Origin: an uncultured Acidobacteriota bacterium
GTDB lineage: Bacteria; Acidobacteriota; Blastocatellia; RBC074
Direction of reading: 5' to 3'
NCBI GenBank assembly: GCA_963796275.1
Contig: CAWCKY010000007.1
Coordinates: forward strand, 224,001-288,000
Length of the DNA stretch: 64,000 nt
This document shows positions 52,040-61,636 of this stretch, in pieces. The notes under the pieces are model-generated. The model was not told where the DNA came from. It was given only the letters and a program-made list of their open reading frames with translations, and did no database searches. The position numbers were made by a program, and so were the translations under genes. Position 1 is the first letter of the stretch; each line of letters opens with the position of its first letter.

Positions 52040-52639
52040 ATGACTGGTGGCGATGCGTTGTCTTTAGGAATTGAATCCACCGAGTGGAAACTGCCGTCAC
52101 GGCGCAAGACCGCTCTGCTCATGTTAATCCTGACGGAGACCACTCTCTTCTCGATTTTCATCGCCGCATATGTCTATTACATAGGCAAGAGTTTAACAGG
52201 ACCCTATCCGAAAGACGTACTGGAATTGCCGGTCATCGCCACGATTTGTTTGCTTTCGAGCAGCGTGACGGTCGTCCTTGCCGAACGCGCCTTCGCGCGG
52301 AATAACAGTTCCGGTTTCAGGTTGTGGTGGTTAATCACTATTGTCCTGGCTCTGATTTTCCTTTCTTCGACTGCAAGGGAATGGTATGGGCTGATCACAA
52401 AACATGGGCTGACGATCAGCACCAATCTGTTCGGAACTACCTATTACGCGTTGGTTGGTTTACACGCGTCTCACGTGATCATTGGTCTGATCCTCCTCGT
52501 TTTGGTTATGTTACTGAGTTTGCGCGGCTATGTGAGGCAAAGAAACGCCGAACATCTGCAGATGATCTCCTGGTACTGGCATTTTGTGGATGCAGTCTGG
52601 GTCGTTGTCTTCACGTTGGTATACGTAATAGGGCGTTAA
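52040..52639 (+). CDS. coxC: Heme-copper oxidase subunit III (short type)
   Basis: TICLLSSS, GLHASHV, YWHFVDAVW. Confidence 0.93.
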   Translation: MTGGDALSLGIESTEWKLPSRRKTALLMLILTETTLFSIFIAAYVYYIGKSLTGPYPKDVLELPVIATICLLSSSVTVVLAERAFARNNSSGFRLWWLITIVLALIFLSSTAREWYGLITKHGLTISTNLFGTTYYALVGLHASHVIIGLILLVLVMLLSLRGYVRQRNAEHLQMISWYWHFVDAVWVVVFTLVYVIGR

Positions 52640-52643
52640 AAAT

Positions 52644-53043
52644 AGTTTTAAGTTTTAAGTTTTAAGTTTGCTGATGCAAATTACAGTATTTCCGAAAACC
52701 ACAAACTAAAACTGAAAACTCAAAAACTGAAGAACTAGAACTAAGAACTAAGAACTAAAAACTAAAAACTAAAAGTGACCGCTCAACCTCTTCGCCGCGT
52801 TAGCGGCGGATGATTGTAGCCGTGGGTTTTAACCCACGGAAGGCTTGAAGGAAATTCCCGCGTCGCGTTAGCGACGCCTGAATTCAACCGTCGCTGACGC
52901 GACGTGAAAAAATCTACCGCCACCGTGGGTTAAAACCCACGGCTACAATCAACCGCCGCTAACGCGGCGAAGAGGCTGAGCAGTTAATTTCAGTTTTTAG
53001 TTTTAGCTGAGCTGTCTCGATCAGCAACTAAAAACCAAAAACT
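52644..53043. repeat. REPIN-like long inverted repeat (CCGTGGGTT..AACCCACGG cores) inside heptamer arrays
   Basis: 52781-52839 is a near-perfect reverse complement of 52923-52981; inner GTCGCGTTAGCGACG palindromes; flanking AAAACTA/TAGTTTT units. Confidence 0.9.
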
Positions 53044-53602
53044 ATATATGTTATCCGATAAGAATAAAGAACAAGTTCCTGCCGCCATCGAGATGCCGGC
53101 GCCAACCTACTGGCCGCTGGTCCTGGCATTCGGGATCACGTTGTTATCAACCGCCACCGTGGGCGGCTACAATCAACCGCCGCTAACGCGGCGAAGAGGC
53201 TGAGCAGTTAATTTCAGTTTTTAGTTTTAGCTGAGCTGTCTCGATCAGCAACTAAAAACCAAAAACTATATATGTTATCCGATAAGAATAAAGAACAAGT
53301 TCCTGCCGCCATCGAGATGCCGGCGCCAACCTACTGGCCGCTGGTCCTGGCATTCGGGATCACGTTGTTATCAACCGCCACCGTGGGCGGCTACAATCAA
53401 CGCCGCTAACGCGGCGAAGAGGCTGAGCAGTTAATTTCAGTTTTTAGTTTTAGCTGAGCTGTCTCGATCAGCAACTTAAAACTTAAAACTTAAAACTATA
53501 TATGTTATCCGATAAGAATAAAGAGCAAGTTCCTGCAGCCATTGAAATGCCGGCGCCGACCTACTGGCCGCTCGTCCTGGCCTTCGGGATAACGTTGTTA
53601 TC
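52916..53602 (+). repeat. Three tandem units (224-234 bp) of REP arm + heptamers + first 34 codons of the 53502 gene
   Basis: ATG TTA TCC GAT AAG at 53048, 53272 and 53502. Confidence 0.95.
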
Positions 53603-54359
53603 GGCCGGGCTGGTCACCCACATTGCCGTCAGCGCGATCGGGTTGCTGCTTACGCTGCGGGCTGCGGTTGGTTGGTTCAAGGATATCTTTCCGGTTGAGA
53701 AGCATGAGCCGGTCCCTGTGGTTCCGGAGTCCCAGCGTGCCGAGCCCATAAAAACCTCTTCGCGTTCGGTGGCTCGACTGCAGGCAGGTGTGGCAAATCA
53801 TCGAGTGCGCATCCCGGCGACGTTCCATCCATATTCGACCGGGATCAGAGGAGGTCTCGCAGGCGGGGTTGCGATGGCCATAGTCGCCTGTCTTTATGGA
53901 CTCATCGCGCACGGCAGCATCTGGTATCCGGTCAACCTGCTTGCCGCAGTCGCGCTGCCCTCGCTGGCTAAGGCAGATTTGGAGCAGTTGAAGGCTTTCA
54001 ATGGTATGGCCTTCATCCTCGCCATACTCTGCCACGCGGCGATCTCAAGCCTTGTGGGATTACTCTTTGCCGTCCTGCTTCCGATGTTGCCCTCGCGCCG
54101 CGCTGCTTTCTGGGGGAGTTTTTTCAGCCCAATTCTATGGTCGGCTCTGGTCGGGGCGACCCTCAACTTGATCAATCCTGTACTGAATGCGCGCATTGAT
54201 TGGGTCTGGTTTGTTGCCTCGCAGATCGCTTTTGGAATGGTCACAGGCTACATCGTTCACCACTCGAAGATGGTCGAGACGATGCAAACGTGGCCGCTGG
54301 CTGCGAGGGCCGGGCTGGAGACTCGAGGCGATGTCCATGGGAATAAAGGAGAGGAATGA
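53502..54359 (+). CDS. Multi-pass membrane protein, N-terminus resembling oxidase subunit IV/CoxA tail
   Basis: MPAPTYWPLVLAFG; about six TM helices; inside the cox-qcr operon. Confidence 0.8.
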   Translation: MLSDKNKEQVPAAIEMPAPTYWPLVLAFGITLLSAGLVTHIAVSAIGLLLTLRAAVGWFKDIFPVEKHEPVPVVPESQRAEPIKTSSRSVARLQAGVANHRVRIPATFHPYSTGIRGGLAGGVAMAIVACLYGLIAHGSIWYPVNLLAAVALPSLAKADLEQLKAFNGMAFILAILCHAAISSLVGLLFAVLLPMLPSRRAAFWGSFFSPILWSALVGATLNLINPVLNARIDWVWFVASQIAFGMVTGYIVHHSKMVETMQTWPLAARAGLETRGDVHGNKGEE

Positions 54360-55096
54360 GACGGAGGCGACTGATTGCTGCGAATCTATTAGCCCTTGCC
54401 ATATTCGGTCTTATCCCCGCGTGTGATTGGATGCCAGGAAGACCGAACCCGGAGGATCGATGGAAGCGACCGACGGAGATCAAGGGTTTCAACCAGCTAT
54501 TTAGCCAGAATTGTTCCGGATGCCATGGAGCGAATGGACGCCAGGGGGCTGCCCAGCCGCTCAATGATCCGCTCTATCTGGCGGTGGTTACTGAGGAGAC
54601 ATTGCGACAGACAATTGCGCAGGGCGTGCCTGGCAGCCTCATGCCGGCCTTCGCTGAGAGTGCCGGGAGGAATCTCACCGGCGCTCAGATCGAGGTGTTG
54701 GTGGGAGGGATGAGATCACTATGGGCTCGCCCCAATGAATTCTATAACGTGGAGCTTCCGCCTTACAGCCTGCAGGACGCAATAGCGAAAGGCTCCGGAC
54801 CTGGCGACCCACAACGCGGGACGACGGTCTACCAAACTTATTGTGCGCAGTGTCACGGCGAGGGAGGCATCGGAGGGGAAAAGGCCGGCTCCATCGTCGA
54901 TCCGAACTTCCTGGCGCTGGTCAGCGATCAATCTATTCGCACAACTGTGATTACCGGGAGGCCGGATCTGAAAAAACCGGATTGGCGATCTAATCTGGAT
55001 GGTCAGGCGATGACTCCGCAGGAACTATCTGACGTCGTAGCGTGGTTATCGTCATTGCGCCGGGGTTCGGGAGCACAGGTGTCTTTGAAGCCCTGA
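54356..55096 (+). CDS. Dihaem cytochrome c lipoprotein (QcrC-like)
   Basis: CSGCH and CAQCH; lipobox-like IPAC; ATGA overlap. Confidence 0.92.
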   Translation: MRRRRLIAANLLALAIFGLIPACDWMPGRPNPEDRWKRPTEIKGFNQLFSQNCSGCHGANGRQGAAQPLNDPLYLAVVTEETLRQTIAQGVPGSLMPAFAESAGRNLTGAQIEVLVGGMRSLWARPNEFYNVELPPYSLQDAIAKGSGPGDPQRGTTVYQTYCAQCHGEGGIGGEKAGSIVDPNFLALVSDQSIRTTVITGRPDLKKPDWRSNLDGQAMTPQELSDVVAWLSSLRRGSGAQVSLKP

Positions 55097-55136
55097 ATCG
55101 GCTTCATGCATGTTTAACCGAGGAGGCGAATAACCT

Positions 55137-55670
55137 ATGAACACAAAAGAATCCGCGTCGCAAGAGCCAGATAACCCGAGAGCTTCTCGTCGTGGCTTTT
55201 TACTGAAGATTGGTACAGCGCTCAACGTGATTGCCGCTACGCTGATAACTATTCCTCTCATCGGTTATGTCTTCTCCAGTTTCACACGAAAGGGGCCGTA
55301 TCAATCGTGGATTTCACTCGGCCCCATGGATGGCTTCCCCGAGGGACAGACTCGATTGGCGAAGTATCGCAACCCGTTCACGCGCCCGTGGGATGGAGCG
55401 ACCGGCGATATACCGTGCTGGGTCAGGCGGATTGAGGGAAGGGAGTTCCAGGTCTTTGCGATCAACTGTACGCACCTCGGCTGTCCGGTGCGCTGGTTCC
55501 GGGACTCGCGCCTGTTTATGTGCCCGTGTCACGGCGGCGCGTATTATGAAGACGGCTCACGCGCCGCCGGGCCGCCACCGCGCGGTCTGTATGAATACGA
55601 GTACAAAATTGAGAACGGCGAACTCATGGTCAGGGGCGGTCAGCTTCCGACACTATCTGAGCCGCTTTGA
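55137..55670 (+). CDS. qcrA: Rieske iron-sulfur subunit of a quinol:cytochrome c reductase
   Basis: Tat motif SRRGFL; CTHLGC and CPCHG. Confidence 0.93.
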   Translation: MNTKESASQEPDNPRASRRGFLLKIGTALNVIAATLITIPLIGYVFSSFTRKGPYQSWISLGPMDGFPEGQTRLAKYRNPFTRPWDGATGDIPCWVRRIEGREFQVFAINCTHLGCPVRWFRDSRLFMCPCHGGAYYEDGSRAAGPPPRGLYEYEYKIENGELMVRGGQLPTLSEPL

Positions 55671-55680
55671 GGAGACAGGA

Positions 55681-57132
55681 ATGCTTAGAAAGATCGCGCG
55701 TTGGATCGATGATAGACTACACGTGAGCAGTCTATATGCCTCTACCGCAGGGCATCATGTGCCTGCGAGCGCGGAAAGCTGGTTCTACGTTTTCGGCAGC
55801 GGGACATTACTCTGCTTTATCATCCAGATCATGACGGGCATCTGCCTCGCATTCGTTTACGTGCCATCAGCCAACGAAGCCTACGCCAGTCTGGAATACT
55901 TGAATTTCCATCAGCCGCTCGGCTGGTTCCTTCGTGCTATGCACGATTGGGGTTCCAACTTCATGGTTGGAATAATGATCCTGCATATGACCCAGGTGTT
56001 CTTATTCGGGGCTTACAAATATCCGCGTGAGATGACTTGGATCTCGGGCGTCGTGTTGCTGCTCTGCACTCTGGGCATGGCTTTCACCGGCCAGATAATG
56101 AGATTCGATCAGGATGCTTACTGGGGGTTGGGCATCGGGGCTGCGATGATGGGGCGGGTCCCGCTATTCGGCGCCAATATCGTGCACCTGATGCTGGGCG
56201 GGCCGATCATAGCAGGAGAAACGCTGTCACGCTTCTTCACCCTGCACGTTTTTATTCTCCCCGGACTGATCATTGCTGTCGTCAGTATGCACCTGAGATT
56301 GGTGCTTACCAAAGGCATCAATGAATATCCGGAGCCGGGCAAACCGGTCGATAAACAGACGTATGAGAAAGAGTATAAGGATTTGATTGAGAAGCAAGGA
56401 GTTCCTTTCGTGCCGAATGCGATCGGCAAGGATCTCATCTTCAGCGGATTGGTGGTGCTGGGCATTCTCTTCTGTGCCGCTTACTTCGGCCCAACGGGCC
56501 CGGCGGGCGCGCCTGACCCGACGCAGATCGATACAGTCCCCAGGCCGGATTTCTTTTTCCTCTGGATCTTTGCCGTCCTCGCGTTACTGCCTGAATACCT
56601 GGAGACTATTCTTATTCTCACCGCTCCCATCATAGGCATTGCTTTCCTTTTTGCCCTGCCGTTTCTCTTCGGGACCGGCGAGAAGAGTTACAAGGTGCGG
56701 CCGGTAGCTTTTCTGAGCGTGGTTGTTATCTTCCTGGTTGTTGGCGTGCTGACATATCTGGGCACGTACTCGCCCTGGTCCCCACAAATGGAAGCGTGGA
56801 GCGGCGACCCTGTGCCCTTTAAATATTTGCAGGGGCGTACGCCGCTCGAGTTGAACGGCGCTTTGGTACTTCAGAGTAAACAATGCCGGAACTGTCATAG
56901 TCTGGATGGGATAGGAGGACAGCGAGGCCCGGCGCTGGACCGAATCTCGACCATTATGACCAGCGACCAGATGGTACGACAGGTTATACAGGGAGGGGGC
57001 AATATGCCCGCCTTCGGCAAGAATCTGAGTCCGCCCGAAATCACCGCGCTCGTCGCGTTCATGCGGACTCTCCGTGCGCCGCACGAATCTCCTGCCCGTG
57101 ATTCAGCTGAGCCGGCACAGCCTGGCCGGTAG
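55681..57132 (+). CDS. qcrB: Cytochrome b (b6 + subunit IV fused) with C-terminal cytochrome c
   Basis: Four heme His, AYKYPREMTWISG, TLSRFFTLH, PDFF, CRNCH; GAGGAG RBS before ATG 55681. Confidence 0.93.
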   Translation: MLRKIARWIDDRLHVSSLYASTAGHHVPASAESWFYVFGSGTLLCFIIQIMTGICLAFVYVPSANEAYASLEYLNFHQPLGWFLRAMHDWGSNFMVGIMILHMTQVFLFGAYKYPREMTWISGVVLLLCTLGMAFTGQIMRFDQDAYWGLGIGAAMMGRVPLFGANIVHLMLGGPIIAGETLSRFFTLHVFILPGLIIAVVSMHLRLVLTKGINEYPEPGKPVDKQTYEKEYKDLIEKQGVPFVPNAIGKDLIFSGLVVLGILFCAAYFGPTGPAGAPDPTQIDTVPRPDFFFLWIFAVLALLPEYLETILILTAPIIGIAFLFALPFLFGTGEKSYKVRPVAFLSVVVIFLVVGVLTYLGTYSPWSPQMEAWSGDPVPFKYLQGRTPLELNGALVLQSKQCRNCHSLDGIGGQRGPALDRISTIMTSDQMVRQVIQGGGNMPAFGKNLSPPEITALVAFMRTLRAPHESPARDSAEPAQPGR

Positions 57133-57175
57133 GATGAACTGTCAAAGAGCGAGCAGATTTGAGTAGGAACATGCT

Positions 57176-59485
57176 GTGAATTCGTTTGTAGAAGAAGCAA
57201 TCTACCAATCCTGGAATGTAGATCGAGGAGTGGTGGCCTTCCTGCTCCTGATAGCTTGGATCTATACGCGTGGTTGGCGACGTTTGCATCTACAATCTCC
57301 GCAGCGGTTCGGTGTAGTGCGCCTTTTATGCTTCTTCGCTGGTTTAACCGTCTTCTTTCTCGCTGTTGCCTCGCCGCTCGATGCCTTTGCCGGCTTGTTG
57401 CTTATTGTCCATATGAATCAGCACCTGCTGCTGACAATGGTGGCACCGCCCTTGATTCTGTTGGGCGCTCCATATCTTCCGTTGCTGCGTGGGCTGCCGC
57501 CAAAAGTCTTAAAACACGGCGCCGGGCCATTTCTTGCCTGGCCCGCCTTACAAAGATTCGGGCGACTTGTAACACATCCCGCAGTCTGTTGGATCGCATT
57601 CTCTCTGACCGTAGTGTTATGGCACATCCCTCTATTCTATGAACTGGCGCTACGATCGGAGTTCTGGCACCAAGTCGAGCACCTTTGCTTCTTCGGCTCC
57701 GCGATCCTCTTCTGGTGGCCGGTGATTCAGCCCGAGCCGGTCAGACAGCATTGGGCGCAATGGGCGATAATCCTCTATCTGTTCTTGGCCGATCTTCAGA
57801 ATACGGCTCTTTCGGCTCTCCTGTGTTTTTACGAACGAGTTATTTATCAAACTTATACTACCGTTCCGCGCATATCGAAATTATCGGCACTCGAAGATCA
57901 GATAGGCGCGGGCGCCTTGATGTGGGTCATTGGATCTCTCGCTTATTTGATCCCGGCAGGGCTGCTGACCATTAAGGTGCTAAGTTCCCGGCAAGGAGTG
58001 CGACCATCCAGTCTCACATCTCGAACCCTGGCCCAAAAAGGCAGAGGTGTATCGGTTCGCCTGGCGCCTCGGCGCAAAGCCTGGGACCTTCTTTCAACTC
58101 CACTCGTTGGAACGGCTTTGCGCTGGCGACATTTTCGGCGAGCGGCACAGTCGGTCATGTTTCTCATGGCGATGATAGTGATCGCGGACGGTTTGTTCGG
58201 ACATCAGATGGGCTCTATGAACCTGGCAGGGATTCTTCCCTGGACCCACTGGCGCGGACTTGTGGTAATCGCGCTATTAGCTGCCGGAAACCTCTTCTGC
58301 ATGGCCTGTCCCTTTATGTTTGCACGCGATCTGGGCCGGCGAGTAATGCCAGTCCGGTGGAACTGGCCCGGACGACTGCGTTCAAAATGGTTCGCTGTAG
58401 CGCTGCTGGCCGTTTACCTGTGGGCTTACGAAGCATTCGATCTATGGGATAGCCCATGGTGGACCGCCTGGATCGTCATCGGGTATTTTGTTGCCTCGTC
58501 TGTCATCGACGGTCTGTTTAAAGGCGCAAGCTTCTGCAAATACGTCTGCCCCATCGGCCAATTCAATTTCGTTCAGTCGCTGGCCTCTCCCCTGGAGGTG
58601 AAAGTCCGCGATCCTGATCGATGCCTGACCTGTACGACTTACGAATGTATTCGCGGCGACTCTGTGCAGCGCGGTTGCGAGTTGCTACTTTTCCAGCCGA
58701 AGAAGGCCGGCAACATGGATTGCACGTTCTGTCTGGACTGCGTCCATGCTTGCCCGCACAGCAACGTTGGGCTATTGGCGTTTGTGCCAGCGAGCCAGCT
58801 CATCGACGATCCTTATCGATCGTCGATGGGACGATTTTCTCAGAGGCCTGATATTGCCGCGCTGATTCTGGTGCTGGTTTTCGGCGCATTTGTAAATGCG
58901 GCGGGGATGCTGAAACCGGTAGCTGCCTGGGAGGAAGCATTGCGGGGCTGGTTCGATATCGGCACCCTGATGCCCATCGAAATAATTCTGACTATTTTCT
59001 CTCTGCTTGTTCTTCCGCTCATTCTTGCCAGCTTGTGCGGGAAGCTATCTCGTGCTCTGGGCCGCATCCAGCTTGGCTGGAGAGATTTGACCTGTAGCTT
59101 TGCGGTGGCCTTCGTCCCCCTCGGGTTCAGTATGTGGCTGGCTCACCTGGTCTTTCATTTCCTCACCGGAAGTTATGCCGCGGTGCCTGCGGCGCAGCGT
59201 GCGGCAGGAGACCTGGGGATCGGTCTTCTGGGCAAGCCAGACTGGAGTTCATTATCTATCGCGCCTTCATTCGATTGGCTGCCGTCATTTCAGATACTTC
59301 TTCTCGACTTGGGCTTTTTGCTCACGCTCTACACGGCCTGGCGCATCGCGAACCGATACAGGTCGCGTGAAACCGGCGCTTTCGGATTGTTTGCGCCCTG
59401 GGCAGTATTAGCAATTGTGCTTTATGTCGTTGGCATATGGATTATTTTTCAGCCGATGCAGATGCGCGGACTGATGGTGCATTAA
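57176..59485 (+). CDS. CtaG (caa3 assembly factor) fused to a membrane 4Fe-4S polyferredoxin
   Basis: SPLD..HMNQHLLL..APPL, WHIP..YE, HQVEH, DQIGAG..MW; then CMACPF, FCKYVCPIG, CTFCLDCVHACP. Confidence 0.9.
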   Translation: MNSFVEEAIYQSWNVDRGVVAFLLLIAWIYTRGWRRLHLQSPQRFGVVRLLCFFAGLTVFFLAVASPLDAFAGLLLIVHMNQHLLLTMVAPPLILLGAPYLPLLRGLPPKVLKHGAGPFLAWPALQRFGRLVTHPAVCWIAFSLTVVLWHIPLFYELALRSEFWHQVEHLCFFGSAILFWWPVIQPEPVRQHWAQWAIILYLFLADLQNTALSALLCFYERVIYQTYTTVPRISKLSALEDQIGAGALMWVIGSLAYLIPAGLLTIKVLSSRQGVRPSSLTSRTLAQKGRGVSVRLAPRRKAWDLLSTPLVGTALRWRHFRRAAQSVMFLMAMIVIADGLFGHQMGSMNLAGILPWTHWRGLVVIALLAAGNLFCMACPFMFARDLGRRVMPVRWNWPGRLRSKWFAVALLAVYLWAYEAFDLWDSPWWTAWIVIGYFVASSVIDGLFKGASFCKYVCPIGQFNFVQSLASPLEVKVRDPDRCLTCTTYECIRGDSVQRGCELLLFQPKKAGNMDCTFCLDCVHACPHSNVGLLAFVPASQLIDDPYRSSMGRFSQRPDIAALILVLVFGAFVNAAGMLKPVAAWEEALRGWFDIGTLMPIEIILTIFSLLVLPLILASLCGKLSRALGRIQLGWRDLTCSFAVAFVPLGFSMWLAHLVFHFLTGSYAAVPAAQRAAGDLGIGLLGKPDWSSLSIAPSFDWLPSFQILLLDLGFLLTLYTAWRIANRYRSRETGAFGLFAPWAVLAIVLYVVGIWIIFQPMQMRGLMVH

Positions 59486-59487
59486 TT

Positions 59488-60054
59488 GTGTTACGCGTTC
59501 TCTTTCATCTAAGCCTGGTGGTTGTCGCTCTTTTCGCGCAAGCTCATCCCGCCCTAGCTGATGGCGGGATCGTGCAGATGCAACGGTCTTCTGGTCCATT
59601 CGTCATCACAGTATTTACCGCGCCGGTTCCGCTACGCGCCGGACCGGCCGACATCAGCATCCTCATTCAGGATAGTAGTAATCATCCCATTCTGGATGCC
59701 CAGGTCTGGGTAATCCTTCATAAAGAAGGTGGGGAAGCTATCAAAGCTGAGGCCAGGCGTGGGCGATCGAAGAATAGATTGCTATATGCTGCACTCTTGA
59801 ATCTACCCGAAGCCGGCCGATGGGAGATTGAAGTGGCCGTTGTGAAAAACTCTGAAGAGACCGGGATCAGTGGAGTAATGATGGTAGCGCCGCCGCGATC
59901 CTTTCTACTCATTTATTGGTGGACGCTGGCCATACCGCCGGTAGCTATCGGTTTGTTCGTCATAAACCAATGGCTTAAGGGGAAGCTTCACCACAAAAAA
60001 CACAAATCCCCCCTTTTGTGTGTTTTATTTTTTATGTTGTGGTTTTTGTGGTGA
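59488..60054 (+). CDS. Exported YtkA/FixH-like protein with C-terminal TM anchor
   Basis: Signal peptide ..ALA|DGG; PILDAQV, YAALLNLPEAGRWEIEV. Confidence 0.7.
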   Translation: MLRVLFHLSLVVVALFAQAHPALADGGIVQMQRSSGPFVITVFTAPVPLRAGPADISILIQDSSNHPILDAQVWVILHKEGGEAIKAEARRGRSKNRLLYAALLNLPEAGRWEIEVAVVKNSEETGISGVMMVAPPRSFLLIYWWTLAIPPVAIGLFVINQWLKGKLHHKKHKSPLLCVLFFMLWFLW

Positions 60055-60055
60055 A
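59988..60055. repeat. Inverted repeat TTCACCACAAAAAACACAA ... TTGTGGTTTTTGTGGTGAA overlapping two convergent gene ends
   Basis: Seen directly. Confidence 0.7.
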
Positions 60056-61378
60056 TTTCAGGTTCTGATTTGAAGACTGTTCCGCCTGCGATATGGTTGT
60101 CTCCCGTAAAGTCGGCAACTCGACGATATCCTTCGAAAAAATCATGTCGAGAATCCAGTCGAGCGTCACGCGAACCTTCTTTTGCAAGCCGGGAAGTTTA
60201 CTCAGATAGATACAACGCCAGAGCCACCAGGCAATGAGCCCGGAGAATCGTACGCCGAAAATCTCTGCCACGCCCGTGCGTCGTCCGATGGTGGCCAGCA
60301 GGCCGATAATCTTGAACTTGAACGGCTTCGGAGCCTGCCCGCGCATAGAGGCCACGATGTTGTGGGCGAGCACGGCGGCCTCTCGGGTGGCGTGTTGCGC
60401 TGTGGGCGGATAGAACTTGCCCGGGTTGAGCGGATCCGGCACTAGCGCGCAGTCACCGAGGGCCCAAACTCCGGGCCAGTTCGGCACTTGAAGACATTCG
60501 TTGGCGAGGACGCGACCCCGTTCGATGGCACACGGCAGAGTTGACAACAGAGGCGGTGGTGTAATGCCCGCGGTCCAAACGAGCATGCGGGTGGCGATCT
60601 TTGTGCCATCGCTGAATGTCACTTCCTTTCCGTCGTAACCGGTGACTTTGGTCTTCAGGAGAACCTCGACGCCGCGCCGGGCTAGCTGTTTTTCGGCATA
60701 GCGGCCGAGGCTTTCGCTCAACTCCGGAAGCAGAGCATCACCGGCATGCACCACGACGATACGGAGCATATTCTCCTGCAAGTTGGGATAGAACTTCATC
60801 GCTTCACGCATGAGATCGTTCACAGCCCCAGCGGTCTCTACCCCGGCGAAGCCGCCGCCGGTAACCACCATCGTCAGCAACTTCTTGCGCTCGGTTTCAT
60901 CCGGCTGGTTGTCCGCCAGTCCTAGCGCATCAATGGCGCGATTTCGCACGAGAATGGCATCTCCCAGCGTCTTCATCGTGAGGGCGTGCTTTTCGAGACC
61001 TGAGTTTCCATAGAAGTTCGTCACCGCGCCGAGCGCCAGGACGAGCTGGTCGTAGCTCACATCGTTGGCATTTGACGACCCGCTTTGCACGATGCGAACC
61101 TGCTTCCTGACGAGATCGACCGCTTCGACTTCAGCAATCGTCACCTGAGTATGTCGCAGCATCATACGCAGCGAATAGACTATATCCGTCACCTCCACGT
61201 CACCCCCGGCGACCTCGCTGAGCATCGGGGTGAAAAGTACGAAATTCTCTTTAGCTATCAGTTTGACCTCGATGTCCGTCCTGTCGCCTAGCTGCTTCTC
61301 GAGGTGCAACGCGGTATAGGCGCCGGCAAATCCGCCGCCGAGAATCAAAATGCGCTTCTTCGTTGTTGAAGGCTCCAT
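60032..61378 (-). CDS. ndh: Type II NADH dehydrogenase
   Basis: ILGGGFAG, FTPML, YDQLVLALG, GGGFAGVE, WTAG, ALGD, PTAQHA. Confidence 0.9.
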   Translation of the reverse strand: MEPSTTKKRILILGGGFAGAYTALHLEKQLGDRTDIEVKLIAKENFVLFTPMLSEVAGGDVEVTDIVYSLRMMLRHTQVTIAEVEAVDLVRKQVRIVQSGSSNANDVSYDQLVLALGAVTNFYGNSGLEKHALTMKTLGDAILVRNRAIDALGLADNQPDETERKKLLTMVVTGGGFAGVETAGAVNDLMREAMKFYPNLQENMLRIVVVHAGDALLPELSESLGRYAEKQLARRGVEVLLKTKVTGYDGKEVTFSDGTKIATRMLVWTAGITPPPLLSTLPCAIERGRVLANECLQVPNWPGVWALGDCALVPDPLNPGKFYPPTAQHATREAAVLAHNIVASMRGQAPKPFKFKIIGLLATIGRRTGVAEIFGVRFSGLIAWWLWRCIYLSKLPGLQKKVRVTLDWILDMIFSKDIVELPTLRETTISQAEQSSNQNLKFTTKTTT

Positions 61379-61418
61379 GGTATCTCCTCTGGAAATCACC
61401 TGGGTATGCACGCTTCCA

Positions 61419-61636
61419 GATTCTGCTGGCGAATTCAGAAAATGAAATTATCGGCTCTTAGCTCCGGAGGAGCGTTATGTTTATAGAACATGGCTAGTAA
61501 ATATCTCCAGCTCCGGATGAGCGACATATGATGCCGTTTATATGCCGCTCCTCCGGAGCTTGGGCACTATTACGAAAAAATCTATAAACATATCGCGCCT
61601 CTGGCGCTCCCGGATAAACGATTCGCCAGCAGAATC
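61419..61636. mobile_element. MITE with perfect 16-bp TIR GATTCTGCTGGCGAAT, inserted in a GCACGCTTCCAGCGTGC-type REP
   Basis: TTCCA duplicated at 61414-61418 and 61637-61641; body homologous to 12419-12639; partner REP arm at 61682-61704. Confidence 0.8.

Noticed and set aside
52916-53602. CRISPR array or DGR template/variable repeat
   Set aside because: Units are over 200 bp with no unique spacers; differences are not adenine-specific; no cas or reverse transcriptase gene in the window
55267-55680. Long N-terminal extension of cytochrome b
   Set aside because: Overlaps the Rieske gene out of frame; RBS supports a start at 55681
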